64,000 nt of DNA from a virus (lineage: Duplodnaviria > Caudoviricetes), in IMG/VR virus record IMGVR_UViG_3300002307_000018, positions 128,001 through 192,000 of that record; one strand, written 5' to 3'. The first letter of the stretch is position 1, and each line of letters starts with the position of its first letter. The position numbers and the translations under genes were made by a program. This document shows, piece by piece, positions 36,100 through 45,551 of this stretch. The notes beneath the pieces are model-generated. The model worked only from the letters and a program-made list of their open reading frames with translations, did no database searches and had not been told where the DNA came from.

Positions 36100-36163
36100 G
36101 TGTTGTATTTTTACAACACTTTTTTGCTTACTTTTTGAGCATTATTTGCTCATTTTTTGAGCA
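36100..36163. repeat. Cluster of palindromic motifs (GTGTTGTA-N4-TACAACAC; two TGCT(T/C)A-N5-TGAGCA)
   Basis: Read directly; near-identical block at 46158..46197. Confidence 0.7.
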
Positions 36164-36165
36164 GT

Positions 36166-37137
36166 TTAAGCGAAGATTTCCAGTGCTGTTCCACACTCGA
36201 CACAGAACTTTGCCGTGGCTTTGTTCTGACGCCCACAAGTCACGCACTTTGGTTTAGTCTTGACTGTCACTGACTTGATCACAGGCTTGTTGTCTGGTGT
36301 CTCGCCCAATAGTCGAATGACCATTGAGAACTTCTCACTGTCCATGGCTCCCATTGTAGTGGTCGAGAATCGCTGATTACTCCGACTGCCGGACACCGTA
36401 ATACCCGCATCATTGAACCCCATGTCCATGGTAGCGCAGCCATCGTGAACTTCACCTGATGATGTGGGTTTGATATTGTTGTCCCTGAGATACTGATTGA
36501 CAGCCGCCGATGCTACCTCGCCAGTAAACTTTCCACTGCTCATATCAGCACTACGAGCGATACCGCCTACATTGTATACACCGCTTACGCCGGTATTGTT
36601 TGTAGTTAGACTAGCGTTGGTAGTATTAGTGGCAAGACTTGCGTTGTACGCATTGACCTGACCGCCGCTGGCTGATAACCAATGTCCCGGTACATCAAGT
36701 GAATTATACCCCGAGCCAACTTTCAAGCCATTGTAGTAGTGATCCTGACCAACATTTCTAAACACAGATGGTGTGCGAATCTGTGCGATACTTTCAAATT
36801 GATATTCAATTTTTACTAGTCCATCCTCCAGTTGAACGCCGCGATGTTGTTCAACTGCGCCAGTACGCTCAATGAACTTGAACCGGTTACCCGCTGTTAG
36901 GCTACCGTTGAGCAGACTACGCTCCAATTCACATTCACTGAGTCCATCGACTACAAGGCCGCCTGGAGTTTGGTTGACACCATCGATGAACACATTGACT
37001 ACTGCTCTGGTTGTGTGTTGATTTTTAAGTAAGATTGAATATTCTGTGCCGAACGGAATGTATACCGTGTCTTTGAATTCACGCAGAACTTTACCTTTGG
37101 ATTTTATGGCGAATGCCATCTTTGATTGGTACATCAT
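36166..37137 (-). CDS. Conserved phage protein with C-terminal zinc ribbon
   Basis: 323 aa; CVTCG...CVECG. Confidence 0.65.
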   Translation of the reverse strand: MMYQSKMAFAIKSKGKVLREFKDTVYIPFGTEYSILLKNQHTTRAVVNVFIDGVNQTPGGLVVDGLSECELERSLLNGSLTAGNRFKFIERTGAVEQHRGVQLEDGLVKIEYQFESIAQIRTPSVFRNVGQDHYYNGLKVGSGYNSLDVPGHWLSASGGQVNAYNASLATNTTNASLTTNNTGVSGVYNVGGIARSADMSSGKFTGEVASAAVNQYLRDNNIKPTSSGEVHDGCATMDMGFNDAGITVSGSRSNQRFSTTTMGAMDSEKFSMVIRLLGETPDNKPVIKSVTVKTKPKCVTCGRQNKATAKFCVECGTALEIFA

Positions 37138-37249
37138 TTCTTTTCCTTTTAGAACCGGTCACTGTCAGGGCCGCCAAGTTTAAAGACAGTAAGGACTACG
37201 CATTGTCTAGCGCAGTGAAAGTATTTAGTCTTGATGTGAGACTACAAAA

Positions 37250-37270
37250 AATAAAGGGGCATTGCCCCCT
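37250..37270 (-). terminator. Rho-independent terminator
   Basis: GGGGC-AAT-GCCCC then TTTATTTTTT on minus strand. Confidence 0.65.
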
Positions 37271-37273
37271 TAC

Positions 37274-37942
37274 TTAATCCTTTTTGTCGCCAAATAGTGA
37301 CAGTAAACTTAAGAAGATGTTGATGAAATTGAGATACAAACTCAGGGCTCCAAGAACCTCAATGCTTGTGGAATCGTCTTCAGATACCATTTCACGAATC
37401 GTCTGTGTGTCATACGCAGTCAAGCCCATGAACACAATGATCGCAACCGCTGAGACTACCATTGCTAACACCGAACTACCGATAAAGATATTGATAATCG
37501 ATGCGATAACAACTGCGATTAGTCCGACAAATAAGTATTGTCCCAGTGTATCTAAGTTTCGTTTGGTAAAGTAACCATAGAAACTCATTGTTCCAAACAG
37601 TACTGCGGCCCCCATAAACGCACTGACAATACTGGCGCTAGTATAGACTACAAAGATAGTAGCGAAACTTAGACCCATTAGTGCTGCGAACCCAAGTAGT
37701 GCCGCTAGTGCCACAGGCATTGGAGGATTGCTACTTAAGAACGGTGTAATGATAAACACCGCAACAAGTGGAGCAAACAGAACTACCCACTTCATAACGC
37801 CAGTAAACAAGAACTGCATAAATTCCGGTGAGGTGCTGGCAAAATAACTAACAAACATACTTGTAAGTACTGCCAGAAACATGTTGTTGTAAACACGTAA
37901 CATGGCATCATTTACTTGTGTTGCTGATTTAACTGCGTACAT
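37274..37942 (-). CDS. yccA: Bax inhibitor-1/YccA family membrane protein
   Basis: About 7 TM helices; TAYDTQ and ALSLYLNFINIF motifs. Confidence 0.85.
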   Translation of the reverse strand: MYAVKSATQVNDAMLRVYNNMFLAVLTSMFVSYFASTSPEFMQFLFTGVMKWVVLFAPLVAVFIITPFLSSNPPMPVALAALLGFAALMGLSFATIFVVYTSASIVSAFMGAAVLFGTMSFYGYFTKRNLDTLGQYLFVGLIAVVIASIINIFIGSSVLAMVVSAVAIIVFMGLTAYDTQTIREMVSEDDSTSIEVLGALSLYLNFINIFLSLLSLFGDKKD

Positions 37943-37963
37943 TTACTTCTCCTTTGAATAAAA

Positions 37964-38734
37964 TTACCAATCTGAACTATCAGAACTACTAGAATCACCA
38001 CCCCAATCGCTACTAGAATCGCTCATGCCGAAATTTTGTTCTGGAGCATAAGACGGAGTATAGGATGGTTGATGTTCAACAGGCGCAGCCGTAGCTTTAT
38101 TACCGTTTAGTAGATGATTAGCTAATGTTGCACCGGCAGCTACACCCACGCCCATTGCAGCACCAGTTGCTAAACTACCCATTAGTCCACTACCAGAAGA
38201 TGCAGGAGCACTAACAGCAGCGCCAGCGGGTGCAGGTGGTGTTGGTGTAACAGGTCTGTACTGTGTGTTGTGTGCGTCAGGATATTGCTGATATGGCGAA
38301 TATTGCTGAGCGGGTTTCTTGCGCTTGAATAACATGATCACAATCAACAATGCTAACAGAATACCGCCACCCCATAACATAGCCTTGTCAGTATCAAATT
38401 TCAAAGTGTCGGTTTTCTTAACCCCAAGTGCAGTACGTAGACGTTCTACGCTTTCAGGCTTAGCAAAACTCATTGATGGGTCAAGTGACTGAGATTTTAA
38501 AAACGCAGTCTTTGCCTCGACTTTTTTGCCCAGTTGCAATAGCAAATCACTTTGAACGTAATGTGCTCGTGCGCTGTTAGGTCTAAGCTTGATTACTTCA
38601 TTGACCATTGTCAGTGCTTGTTGTTTATCTACTTGGGCGGTTTTATAAATGTCTTGAACTGTAGGTTCGGCCAATACGATATTGGCAGATAAAACAGCTA
38701 ATGACAGTACTAATGCTTGCATAAGTTTTTTCAT
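37964..38734 (-). CDS. Exported TPR protein with Gly/Ser-rich C-terminus
   Basis: Signal peptide, TPR-like P.SARAHY helices, TM, GSLATGAAMGVGVAAG. Confidence 0.6.
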   Translation of the reverse strand: MKKLMQALVLSLAVLSANIVLAEPTVQDIYKTAQVDKQQALTMVNEVIKLRPNSARAHYVQSDLLLQLGKKVEAKTAFLKSQSLDPSMSFAKPESVERLRTALGVKKTDTLKFDTDKAMLWGGGILLALLIVIMLFKRKKPAQQYSPYQQYPDAHNTQYRPVTPTPPAPAGAAVSAPASSGSGLMGSLATGAAMGVGVAAGATLANHLLNGNKATAAPVEHQPSYTPSYAPEQNFGMSDSSSDWGGDSSSSDSSDW

Positions 38735-38768
38735 TTGATCTCCTTGATCATAATTGATCTATCGAACT

Positions 38769-38797
38769 ACTATACACTGATAGTTGTTAATTGTCAA
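38769..38797 (-). promoter_or_regulatory. sigma70-type promoter
   Basis: TTGACA-17-TATAGT. Confidence 0.65.
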
Positions 38798-38812
38798 GCG
38801 TTTTGGATGAAC

Positions 38813-39121
38813 TCATTCTGGCCGTTTGATACCGGACAATTTTCTTAGATCATCAATATCAGGGTTCTCTTTAAGTATGCGTTTCATGTTGCGGCGTTGT
38901 TGATACTTCTTGTACTTGTTTTTGACTGGATCCCAGAAACCTTCAAAAAAGTTTTCCCAGTTTTTGTGTACGATGCCTTGATGTAGCCACACAAATGCAA
39001 GCAGATACCACCAGAGCGGTCTGGCATACCAATGCCACTTTTCTCTGTCACTAAATGCCATGGCTTGAAATGCTTGGTAATGGTCTTCAACTATTTTCAT
39101 TCTGTACCTTCCTTTGTCCAA
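38813..39121 (-). CDS. Hypothetical protein
   Basis: ORF in operon. Confidence 0.5.
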   Translation of the reverse strand: MDKGRYRMKIVEDHYQAFQAMAFSDREKWHWYARPLWWYLLAFVWLHQGIVHKNWENFFEGFWDPVKNKYKKYQQRRNMKRILKENPDIDDLRKLSGIKRPE

Positions 39122-39435
39122 CCACGTGGTCTGCGAGTATATCCGGCAGCGGCCATTTTCTGAGATTCGGTCTGTTCTTTAACTCCGTAAAAATGTTTTG
39201 CGAGTACTTCGTCCGCATATAAAAAATGTCCACAACATTCTGGTGGGACTTGTCTATAAACATCAGCAAGAACATTTCTACATTCTTCTACAATCAACTC
39301 AGCGAACTTTTCCCTAAAGATTTCTTCTTCCATATCACCGGTGCAATATCTATTATGTAATCTTTCCCGATATGAAACTTCATCTTTTTTAAGTTGCTCG
39401 GCCCATTCAACAAGTTCTCGAATTCGTTCGTTCAT
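39097..39435 (-). CDS. Hypothetical protein (MNERI/EKFAELI family)
   Basis: MNERIREL...EKFAELIVEEC. Confidence 0.6.
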   Translation of the reverse strand: MNERIRELVEWAEQLKKDEVSYRERLHNRYCTGDMEEEIFREKFAELIVEECRNVLADVYRQVPPECCGHFLYADEVLAKHFYGVKEQTESQKMAAAGYTRRPRGWTKEGTE

Positions 39436-39572
39436 CATTCAACTCCAATATATTTCATAAACATTACAAACCCACCGTGTATCATTAGCGCAATGAACAG
39501 GGCCATGAATAGTGCTACCAGTAAGTACAGTGCGCCGAATACAATGGCCACGAAGTGACCTACTGTCTTCAC
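39435..39572 (-). CDS. Small membrane protein not in ORF track (GTG start)
   Basis: 45-aa hydrophobic ORF filling the gap; TGATG overlap. Confidence 0.4.
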   Translation of the reverse strand: MKTVGHFVAIVFGALYLLVALFMALFIALMIHGGFVMFMKYIGVE

Positions 39573-39575
39573 AGT

Positions 39576-39941
39576 TTAACGCTTCAAAAATGGCGCAAGA
39601 TTTGGCGGTACCCAACCCTCAGGCTTCAATACTTTTCCGTCTTCACGCTTGCGTACTTTGCCAGTATCAAGATCAATCTTGGCTGCGTTAGTCTTCATGA
39701 CTTCTTCCCACGCGCCTTCCGCATCAGCGCCCATGCTGTGAATAGCGCCTATCGACACTACGATTATATCGATCAAGGCGTCTAAGGTTTCAACACGATC
39801 ATTTTCCCGAATCGCAACCGCAAGTTCAAATGCCTCTTCACCGATTAAATTAGTGTATAGAGCAAACTGCTCTTCATTGTTTATGCCCACTGTTTGGTCA
39901 CACGCCCGCATAAACCATTCCTGATCTTTAAATGGATTCAT
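39576..39941 (-). CDS. MazG/PRA-PH-like NTP pyrophosphohydrolase
   Basis: EEAFEL...ETLDALID...N.AK...REDGKVLKP motif. Confidence 0.75.
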   Translation of the reverse strand: MNPFKDQEWFMRACDQTVGINNEEQFALYTNLIGEEAFELAVAIRENDRVETLDALIDIIVVSIGAIHSMGADAEGAWEEVMKTNAAKIDLDTGKVRKREDGKVLKPEGWVPPNLAPFLKR

Positions 39942-40185
39942 CTACTTTCCTTATCATAATTGTAATATCAGATGGGCAACCGCAGCCCATTAGCTGCTCA
40001 AAACGTAACCCACATACCTCATACCCAGTGTCATCATTCTCGTCAACACACTCTACCCTAATGTCACTAACAATCTTGTGCGAACCCATCCAACCTTCGG
40101 GATTGTCCATACAGCCAACTTCTTTCAAGTAGTCAGCAAATGCTTCCGCAAATTCTTTGAGTTTTGGCTCTTTTTTCCAGTCCAT
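39928..40185 (-). CDS. Hypothetical protein
   Basis: ORF in operon. Confidence 0.5.
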   Translation of the reverse strand: MDWKKEPKLKEFAEAFADYLKEVGCMDNPEGWMGSHKIVSDIRVECVDENDDTGYEVCGLRFEQLMGCGCPSDITIMIRKVDESI

Positions 40186-40427
40186 TAGAATTTAATCCCA
40201 AAATGTTCACAATAAACTTCTACCATACGTGAATGTCCTGGCATGGCAAGTTCCTTGCCATTTAGGTTGATACATTCCTGTACCACCGCTTCCAGCAAGG
40301 TGTTCATTTCTGCCTGACTCACTGTATAAGTCACATGGGCAGTATGCTGACCCTGCTCGTCACGAGCCACAGCAAGTGCTGGCGGTGCGATATGCTTGAC
40401 TAATAGTTCTTTAAGTCGTTCGTTCAC
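40185..40427 (-). CDS. Hypothetical protein (MNERI family)
   Basis: MNERLKELL...VVQEC...HFG. Confidence 0.55.
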   Translation of the reverse strand: MNERLKELLVKHIAPPALAVARDEQGQHTAHVTYTVSQAEMNTLLEAVVQECINLNGKELAMPGHSRMVEVYCEHFGIKF

Positions 40428-40666
40428 TTGTTATTCTCCAAATAAAACATACCAACACGAACTAACGCTTCGGCGTGTTCACGGTCTTTTGGCAACACCA
40501 CTGCTTCACCATTGATAAGTTTGTTATACTCACTGGCACATTCCTTAATAATCAACTCGGCGAACTTTTCTGTAAATTCTTTTGGGATATTTGCCTCGTA
40601 ATTATAAACTGATTCATATTCTAAGAATGCTTGTTCAGCGAGTTTATTGATTCGGTCGTTCATCAA
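40424..40666 (-). CDS. Hypothetical protein (MNERI family)
   Basis: MNDRINKLAEQA...EKFAELIIKEC. Confidence 0.6.
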   Translation of the reverse strand: MMNDRINKLAEQAFLEYESVYNYEANIPKEFTEKFAELIIKECASEYNKLINGEAVVLPKDREHAEALVRVGMFYLENNK

Positions 40667-41145
40667 TAATCCTTAACGATAGTAATAAGATGTTCAATCA
40701 ACTCTTCGTACGTGTTGAACAGCGGAATATTGTAACGATCACAAACTATCTCAACATTACCCTTGCGCCAGAACCCGTCAGGACAACATACGTATACGTG
40801 ATCACTCCACGTGTCCGAGCTACATGCAATGCCCAGTTCCATAAGAGTAATGGGTGATTTTGTACTGGGATCAAAGTAAAAGATTACAATGTCAGAGTTA
40901 TCAATTCCATCAAGTTCCCATGTAACCTGTTTATTGAATTGTGGATCATCGATGGATTGGCGCCAAGACGAGTCCCAATCATCACGACGTGGATTGAGTA
41001 GAACTACATCAGAGTCGGCCAGATCACCGACAACACGGGTTTGCCAGTTTTCCGCCACGCCCATTTCAATCGATCCCGCCAAGAAGATTCTTGGCAGATA
41101 ATGGTCAATGTCATGATCACTATTAGGTGCTTTAATTTCAATCAT
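40663..41145 (-). CDS. Nucleoside 2-deoxyribosyltransferase-like protein
   Basis: IFLAGSI, NPRR, WEL and SPITLMELG motifs. Confidence 0.75.
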   Translation of the reverse strand: MIEIKAPNSDHDIDHYLPRIFLAGSIEMGVAENWQTRVVGDLADSDVVLLNPRRDDWDSSWRQSIDDPQFNKQVTWELDGIDNSDIVIFYFDPSTKSPITLMELGIACSSDTWSDHVYVCCPDGFWRKGNVEIVCDRYNIPLFNTYEELIEHLITIVKDY

Positions 41146-41214
41146 TGCTATTTCCTATAACAACAAACAAGGCGACCATGATCGCAATAGCGACAATGAT
41201 CACCGTATCCATGA

Positions 41215-41997
41215 TTACTGACCGTAGTTATCGTTAACGAACGAATTATCCCACTCGGTGTTGGCATTATCTTGCACTGCGGCCGTGAATGCGTCTTCTG
41301 GATTTACACCCAACTCGCCAATCACTTCGTAGCGTGAGCAACGACCTTTCGAGTTATTGTAGTCACTTGGGATAGACACAACATCACGTGGATTGATCTT
41401 TAAGATCATAGTGTGTTCGCCACCAAAGTGATTCAAGTACTCTTGTGAACAAAAGTGCAAGCCGGTTGAACAAGTACGATCCTTGTCATCATCAACTTGA
41501 TTACGTTCCATTTCGCAGATCATACCAATTGAATTGTTGAATGTGCCGCTATGACAGTCCATGTAGTCCGATCTTACTTTTTTATAAGCCAGAAAGTGAC
41601 CATCAGGTGTGATCGGCAGGTTGTTCTTTTCCAAGAAGCCATACAACTCGTCAACTGCACGTTTTGATGGATTGCTCATCAGGTTTTCCATGAACAACAC
41701 CAGTGGTTCGATTGGAAATCCTTCTTGAATCATAGCAATCATTCTGGATGTCAGAGCATTATGAAGTGGTTGTCCCTTCCAGAACAAATCATCTCCTTGA
41801 ATTTCAATGTTGCCTGCGCCATAATTCAGAACAACTTTTTTTGGATTTATAGTATCACGAACAGTGTTCCAATCACTAGATTTAATCGCATCAAGCACTT
41901 TTTGATAAGTAATGTGAGTACGACTCACGGTATGTGGTTCATTATCAATGACAACGACAATGTTTGAACCTTGAATAATGTATGGTAGTGCGTTCAT
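41215..41997 (-). CDS. rIIB: rIIB-like lysis inhibition protein
   Basis: PITPDGHFLAYK, CSTGLHF and KGRCSRYEV motifs; next to rIIA. Confidence 0.85.
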   Translation of the reverse strand: MNALPYIIQGSNIVVVIDNEPHTVSRTHITYQKVLDAIKSSDWNTVRDTINPKKVVLNYGAGNIEIQGDDLFWKGQPLHNALTSRMIAMIQEGFPIEPLVLFMENLMSNPSKRAVDELYGFLEKNNLPITPDGHFLAYKKVRSDYMDCHSGTFNNSIGMICEMERNQVDDDKDRTCSTGLHFCSQEYLNHFGGEHTMILKINPRDVVSIPSDYNNSKGRCSRYEVIGELGVNPEDAFTAAVQDNANTEWDNSFVNDNYGQ

Positions 41998-42029
41998 AGT
42001 AAGCCTTTAAAATTTAAGTTGAGAATGAT

Positions 42030-42058
42030 AGTATAACAGACAGCGTATATAAAGTCAA
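42030..42058 (-). promoter_or_regulatory. sigma70-type promoter for rIIB
   Basis: TTGACT-17-TATACT. Confidence 0.65.
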
Positions 42059-42178
42059 TAGAAAATGGATGAATTGCTTGTTGTATTTTTGATACAAGAA
42101 TGCTATAATGATAAATAGTTGTGAGTCACGATGCTACCAACATCCACTCACTCTAACAGTTTATAAGGAACTATCAGC

Positions 42179-42835
42179 ATGACTATTTATTTAATAAAAA
42201 AGACTCACAGAAAAACTGGACTCCAATATCTATGTAAAACGATTAGAAAAGATTGGCATAGATATGCGGGTTCTGGAAAATACTGGAAGAGACATATTAA
42301 AGAACACGGAAGAGATATTGATTCCGAACTCGTTCGTGAATGTGAAACCATAGAAGAATTCAAAGAGTGGGGCATTTATTACAGTACACTATGGAACATT
42401 GTGGAAAGCGACGAATGGGCCAATTTAAAACCAGAAGACGGAGATGGTGGCACGGGATGTCCCGGCTACAAGCATACTCCAGAAATGATAGAACATCTGC
42501 GTAAAACTAAAACTGGCGTTCCAAAATCCGAATCGCATAAAGATTCAATGAGTAAAGCAAGAATTGGATTTAAATGGGGTAATCATACTGACGAAACCAA
42601 AGAACGAATTAGAAATCAGAGTCATAGTGATGAATATATTCAATTTTTGAAAACAAGTAGAATAGGGAATGGAAATCCTAGAGCCGATAAAACAATTTAT
42701 ACATTCATTCACGATAGCGGTATTACAGAAATCTGTACTCGCTCTGATCTTAGAATAAAATATAATCTAAACAAAAACCACATGGGAACCATCATTGCCT
42801 CTCGTGGGAAAAGTAATGGATGGTCCCTTGGTTAA
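42179..42835 (+). CDS. Seg-like GIY-YIG homing endonuclease with NUMOD3-like repeats
   Basis: IYLIKKTHRKTGLQY..Y.GSG.YW.RHI; KHTPE / NHTDETK repeats; sits between rIIA and rIIB. Confidence 0.72.
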   Translation: MTIYLIKKTHRKTGLQYLCKTIRKDWHRYAGSGKYWKRHIKEHGRDIDSELVRECETIEEFKEWGIYYSTLWNIVESDEWANLKPEDGDGGTGCPGYKHTPEMIEHLRKTKTGVPKSESHKDSMSKARIGFKWGNHTDETKERIRNQSHSDEYIQFLKTSRIGNGNPRADKTIYTFIHDSGITEICTRSDLRIKYNLNKNHMGTIIASRGKSNGWSLG

Positions 42836-45039
42836 ACAACTTTCTTCTGACTGTCAATCAGGTTAATGTACTCTGCAAACCGTTCGGAAGAGAATGCAGT
42901 ACGATCAATCGAATTCTCTAACATTTCCAATAGTGGGTAATGCTTGTAACAAGCATCACATTCAATACGTAATTCTTTTCTGCCCTTTTCAATCAACGCC
43001 ATCATGTCAGGATTGTATGCAGTCATCAATACGTTCATTGAATGCTGATCAATTGCAAAGTCTCGTCTAAGATTTTTTACCTTATTGACAATAGTGGCAT
43101 AGGGCGCAGTTTTATCAACAACATAACGAAGAATAGACGTTGTGCTACTATTATACTTGACAAACGGATAGTTGTCAAGCGATCTGGACAACACCGATTC
43201 CACAATACCAGTTTGGTTCTTCTTTAGTACATCAACAATATGATCTTCCAAATTGACCCAGTTTTTCTTGGCTTTGATGGTTTCAATATCAGCCTTACGA
43301 ACACCATATACTGTAATAGTATTTAGAGCGCCAACACCAAAACATTTTAAATAATTGCCAAGATCACTGGCAGATAGACTCCACTTGTACTTGGAGTTCA
43401 TCATGAACCCATTCAATGGCAAGTAATAAAATAAAACGTTGTTGTCAAAGATGCTGCTATTGCCCGCATCACGCCATACCAAGTCATCGCTATTACGGCG
43501 ATATCCACCATCACGACGTTCCAATCGCATGATCGTGACATCACGACTCATTGTCTTACGTTCCTTTTCGTCAAGAGTGCTGACCTTAACGATATTCGGT
43601 GGATTCATGATGTCATTGAAGAATTCCTCAGTCAGCATGGGCTTGCTACGATCTGCCGGTTCAAGCAGAAACACGGTGGCGCCACCATCTCCACGTTTGA
43701 GATTTTGTCTGTAGTGATGCTTACAACGTTCCAGTCCGCCTTTCTTAGTGTCGTTGACTGCAAAGATATGGCTGGCACGTGTTTGAATCCGCATACCATA
43801 GCCCCACTCTGCCAGTGATCTGTTATCATCTGGATTGAGTCTAATGGCAGCATTATCATTGAACATCGAGACCGTTGGTTTGGCTGCATTTCCATTGTTA
43901 ACTTGAAATCCTTTGATAACCAAGTTAAACGTGTTTGCCAAATTGGTCTTGATAAGTTCGATCTCACGAAACGAACCGTACCCGTTACGTGGAGTATACA
44001 GTGTGAACTTGGTAGCAGTCACGTATTTTTCAACCGCAGCAGCCCACAAGCGGCGCCCGTTCAGTCGTTCCAATTCCTTGGCACGTACCCACAAGTTTTC
44101 AATCTTATCAACATCTTCTGTTAACTTAGCGGTCAGTGCGGTATTAAGAGCTTCAAGTTTACGCTTGATAGCATCAATAGTCTGCGGCACATATGATAAG
44201 CCCTCACGACTTGCCTGAAAGTCCAACTCGCCAATACCAAAGTGCATTTCCAACCCGCACTCTAACAGTCCAGATAAGCTGCCCAGTACTGTAACCGAGT
44301 TTGGAACTGCAATAGGGTACGCAATGTTGCCCATAACGGCAAAAGATCGACTAGAATGGCGACTTGCATACTCGTGTACGCCGGGAATAATATCTCGGGT
44401 AGCGTATTCATCTATCGGAACTTGTAAGCCAACATTAGTCTGTGGTTTCAGTGCAAAGTAACGGTAAACTTCACAAGCCTCGTCACGAAACTTAGAGTAA
44501 TCGTACTTGTCATTTACTGAAAACTTGATCTCAACGCCATTGGCTTCATCGGTGGTTTCAGTAGTCATTAGTGCAATTGAGGGCACTCCGTCACCGTTGA
44601 TAAACGCAGAGTAAACGCCACGCACACCATTTTGAACGGCGGCAACTGTGAAGTTATCAGTGTACGAGAATGGGGATTTTGAGCCAAGACCAAGCGCACC
44701 AATAAAGTCGTTCGATCCAGTTTTGGTCGATTCAAAGTATGTGGTGTAAATTTTGGTAACTTGATCGTGAGATAAGCCAATGCCATAATCACGTACGGCA
44801 AACCATGGCTCTAGATTGGTGGGAAGATGTACATCAAATGGTACGGTAGACTTGCCAGCAGCGGCGTGTGAGTCTACGGCATTACATGACAACTCACGCA
44901 CAATGGCACGAATTTTGTTGGCATACAAGCCCGATGATAGAATTGAAAATGCCTTAGCACTGTTGCGAATACGGAATTCCCCGATTTCGCCAACATTACT
45001 AAGAACTGCTTCGTGCGTGGGAGTGTTATTTAAAATCAT
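42832..45039 (-). CDS. rIIA: rIIA-like protein (GHKL ATPase N-terminus)
   Basis: LYANKIRAIVRELSCNAVDSH, DYGIGL, YFESTK, GLGSKS and SREGLSY motifs. Confidence 0.88.
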   Translation of the reverse strand: MILNNTPTHEAVLSNVGEIGEFRIRNSAKAFSILSSGLYANKIRAIVRELSCNAVDSHAAAGKSTVPFDVHLPTNLEPWFAVRDYGIGLSHDQVTKIYTTYFESTKTGSNDFIGALGLGSKSPFSYTDNFTVAAVQNGVRGVYSAFINGDGVPSIALMTTETTDEANGVEIKFSVNDKYDYSKFRDEACEVYRYFALKPQTNVGLQVPIDEYATRDIIPGVHEYASRHSSRSFAVMGNIAYPIAVPNSVTVLGSLSGLLECGLEMHFGIGELDFQASREGLSYVPQTIDAIKRKLEALNTALTAKLTEDVDKIENLWVRAKELERLNGRRLWAAAVEKYVTATKFTLYTPRNGYGSFREIELIKTNLANTFNLVIKGFQVNNGNAAKPTVSMFNDNAAIRLNPDDNRSLAEWGYGMRIQTRASHIFAVNDTKKGGLERCKHHYRQNLKRGDGGATVFLLEPADRSKPMLTEEFFNDIMNPPNIVKVSTLDEKERKTMSRDVTIMRLERRDGGYRRNSDDLVWRDAGNSSIFDNNVLFYYLPLNGFMMNSKYKWSLSASDLGNYLKCFGVGALNTITVYGVRKADIETIKAKKNWVNLEDHIVDVLKKNQTGIVESVLSRSLDNYPFVKYNSSTTSILRYVVDKTAPYATIVNKVKNLRRDFAIDQHSMNVLMTAYNPDMMALIEKGRKELRIECDACYKHYPLLEMLENSIDRTAFSSERFAEYINLIDSQKKVV

Positions 45040-45069
45040 TTTTTCTCTGTGTTTTGAGTGTAGATAGAG

Positions 45070-45098
45070 AGTATAGCAAGAATTTGATTTAATGTCAA
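45070..45098 (-). promoter_or_regulatory. sigma70-type promoter for rIIA
   Basis: TTGACA-17-TATACT with TG extension. Confidence 0.75.
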
Positions 45099-45103
45099 GG
45101 GTT

Positions 45104-45289
45104 TTATGCTACACGTTCGTATGTAGCGCGGAAGTAGCAGTCATAAGAACCGCTGGCATATTCTTCGCAAAAACGCTTGGCTTCTGCCTCGTTGTCAAAG
45201 TATTTAGTACCCATGGGACGTTGGCCCCAGCCACTTTCATACTCGGTCATTGTAACTTTATAAAGATGGGAAACATAGACTTCTGCCAT
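45104..45289 (-). CDS. Hypothetical protein
   Basis: AGGAG RBS. Confidence 0.6.
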   Translation of the reverse strand: MAEVYVSHLYKVTMTEYESGWGQRPMGTKYFDNEAEAKRFCEEYASGSYDCYFRATYERVA

Positions 45290-45306
45290 TTTTAACTCCT
45301 TTGTTA

Positions 45307-45540
45307 CTAACTGTAACTATCGCTTTGAAGATCGGGATCGATAACTGAAAAGGATAAGTTGGCACTGTATGAAATAAAGTGCAAACTGCCGACAACCAGC
45401 TTGTTTATATCTGCCTTTTGTGATTGCGTGATTTTAAACAAAACCCCGTTATCATTGATATCCATAATGATACCCTGTTTTGAGTAGTGATCATTTGGGT
45501 AAATGCGGGCTTCTTTGCCAATTAAGTCTTTGACTTTCAT
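45307..45540 (-). CDS. Hypothetical protein
   Basis: AGGA RBS. Confidence 0.6.
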   Translation of the reverse strand: MKVKDLIGKEARIYPNDHYSKQGIIMDINDNGVLFKITQSQKADINKLVVGSLHFISYSANLSFSVIDPDLQSDSYS

Positions 45541-45551
45541 AATTTTCCTGT

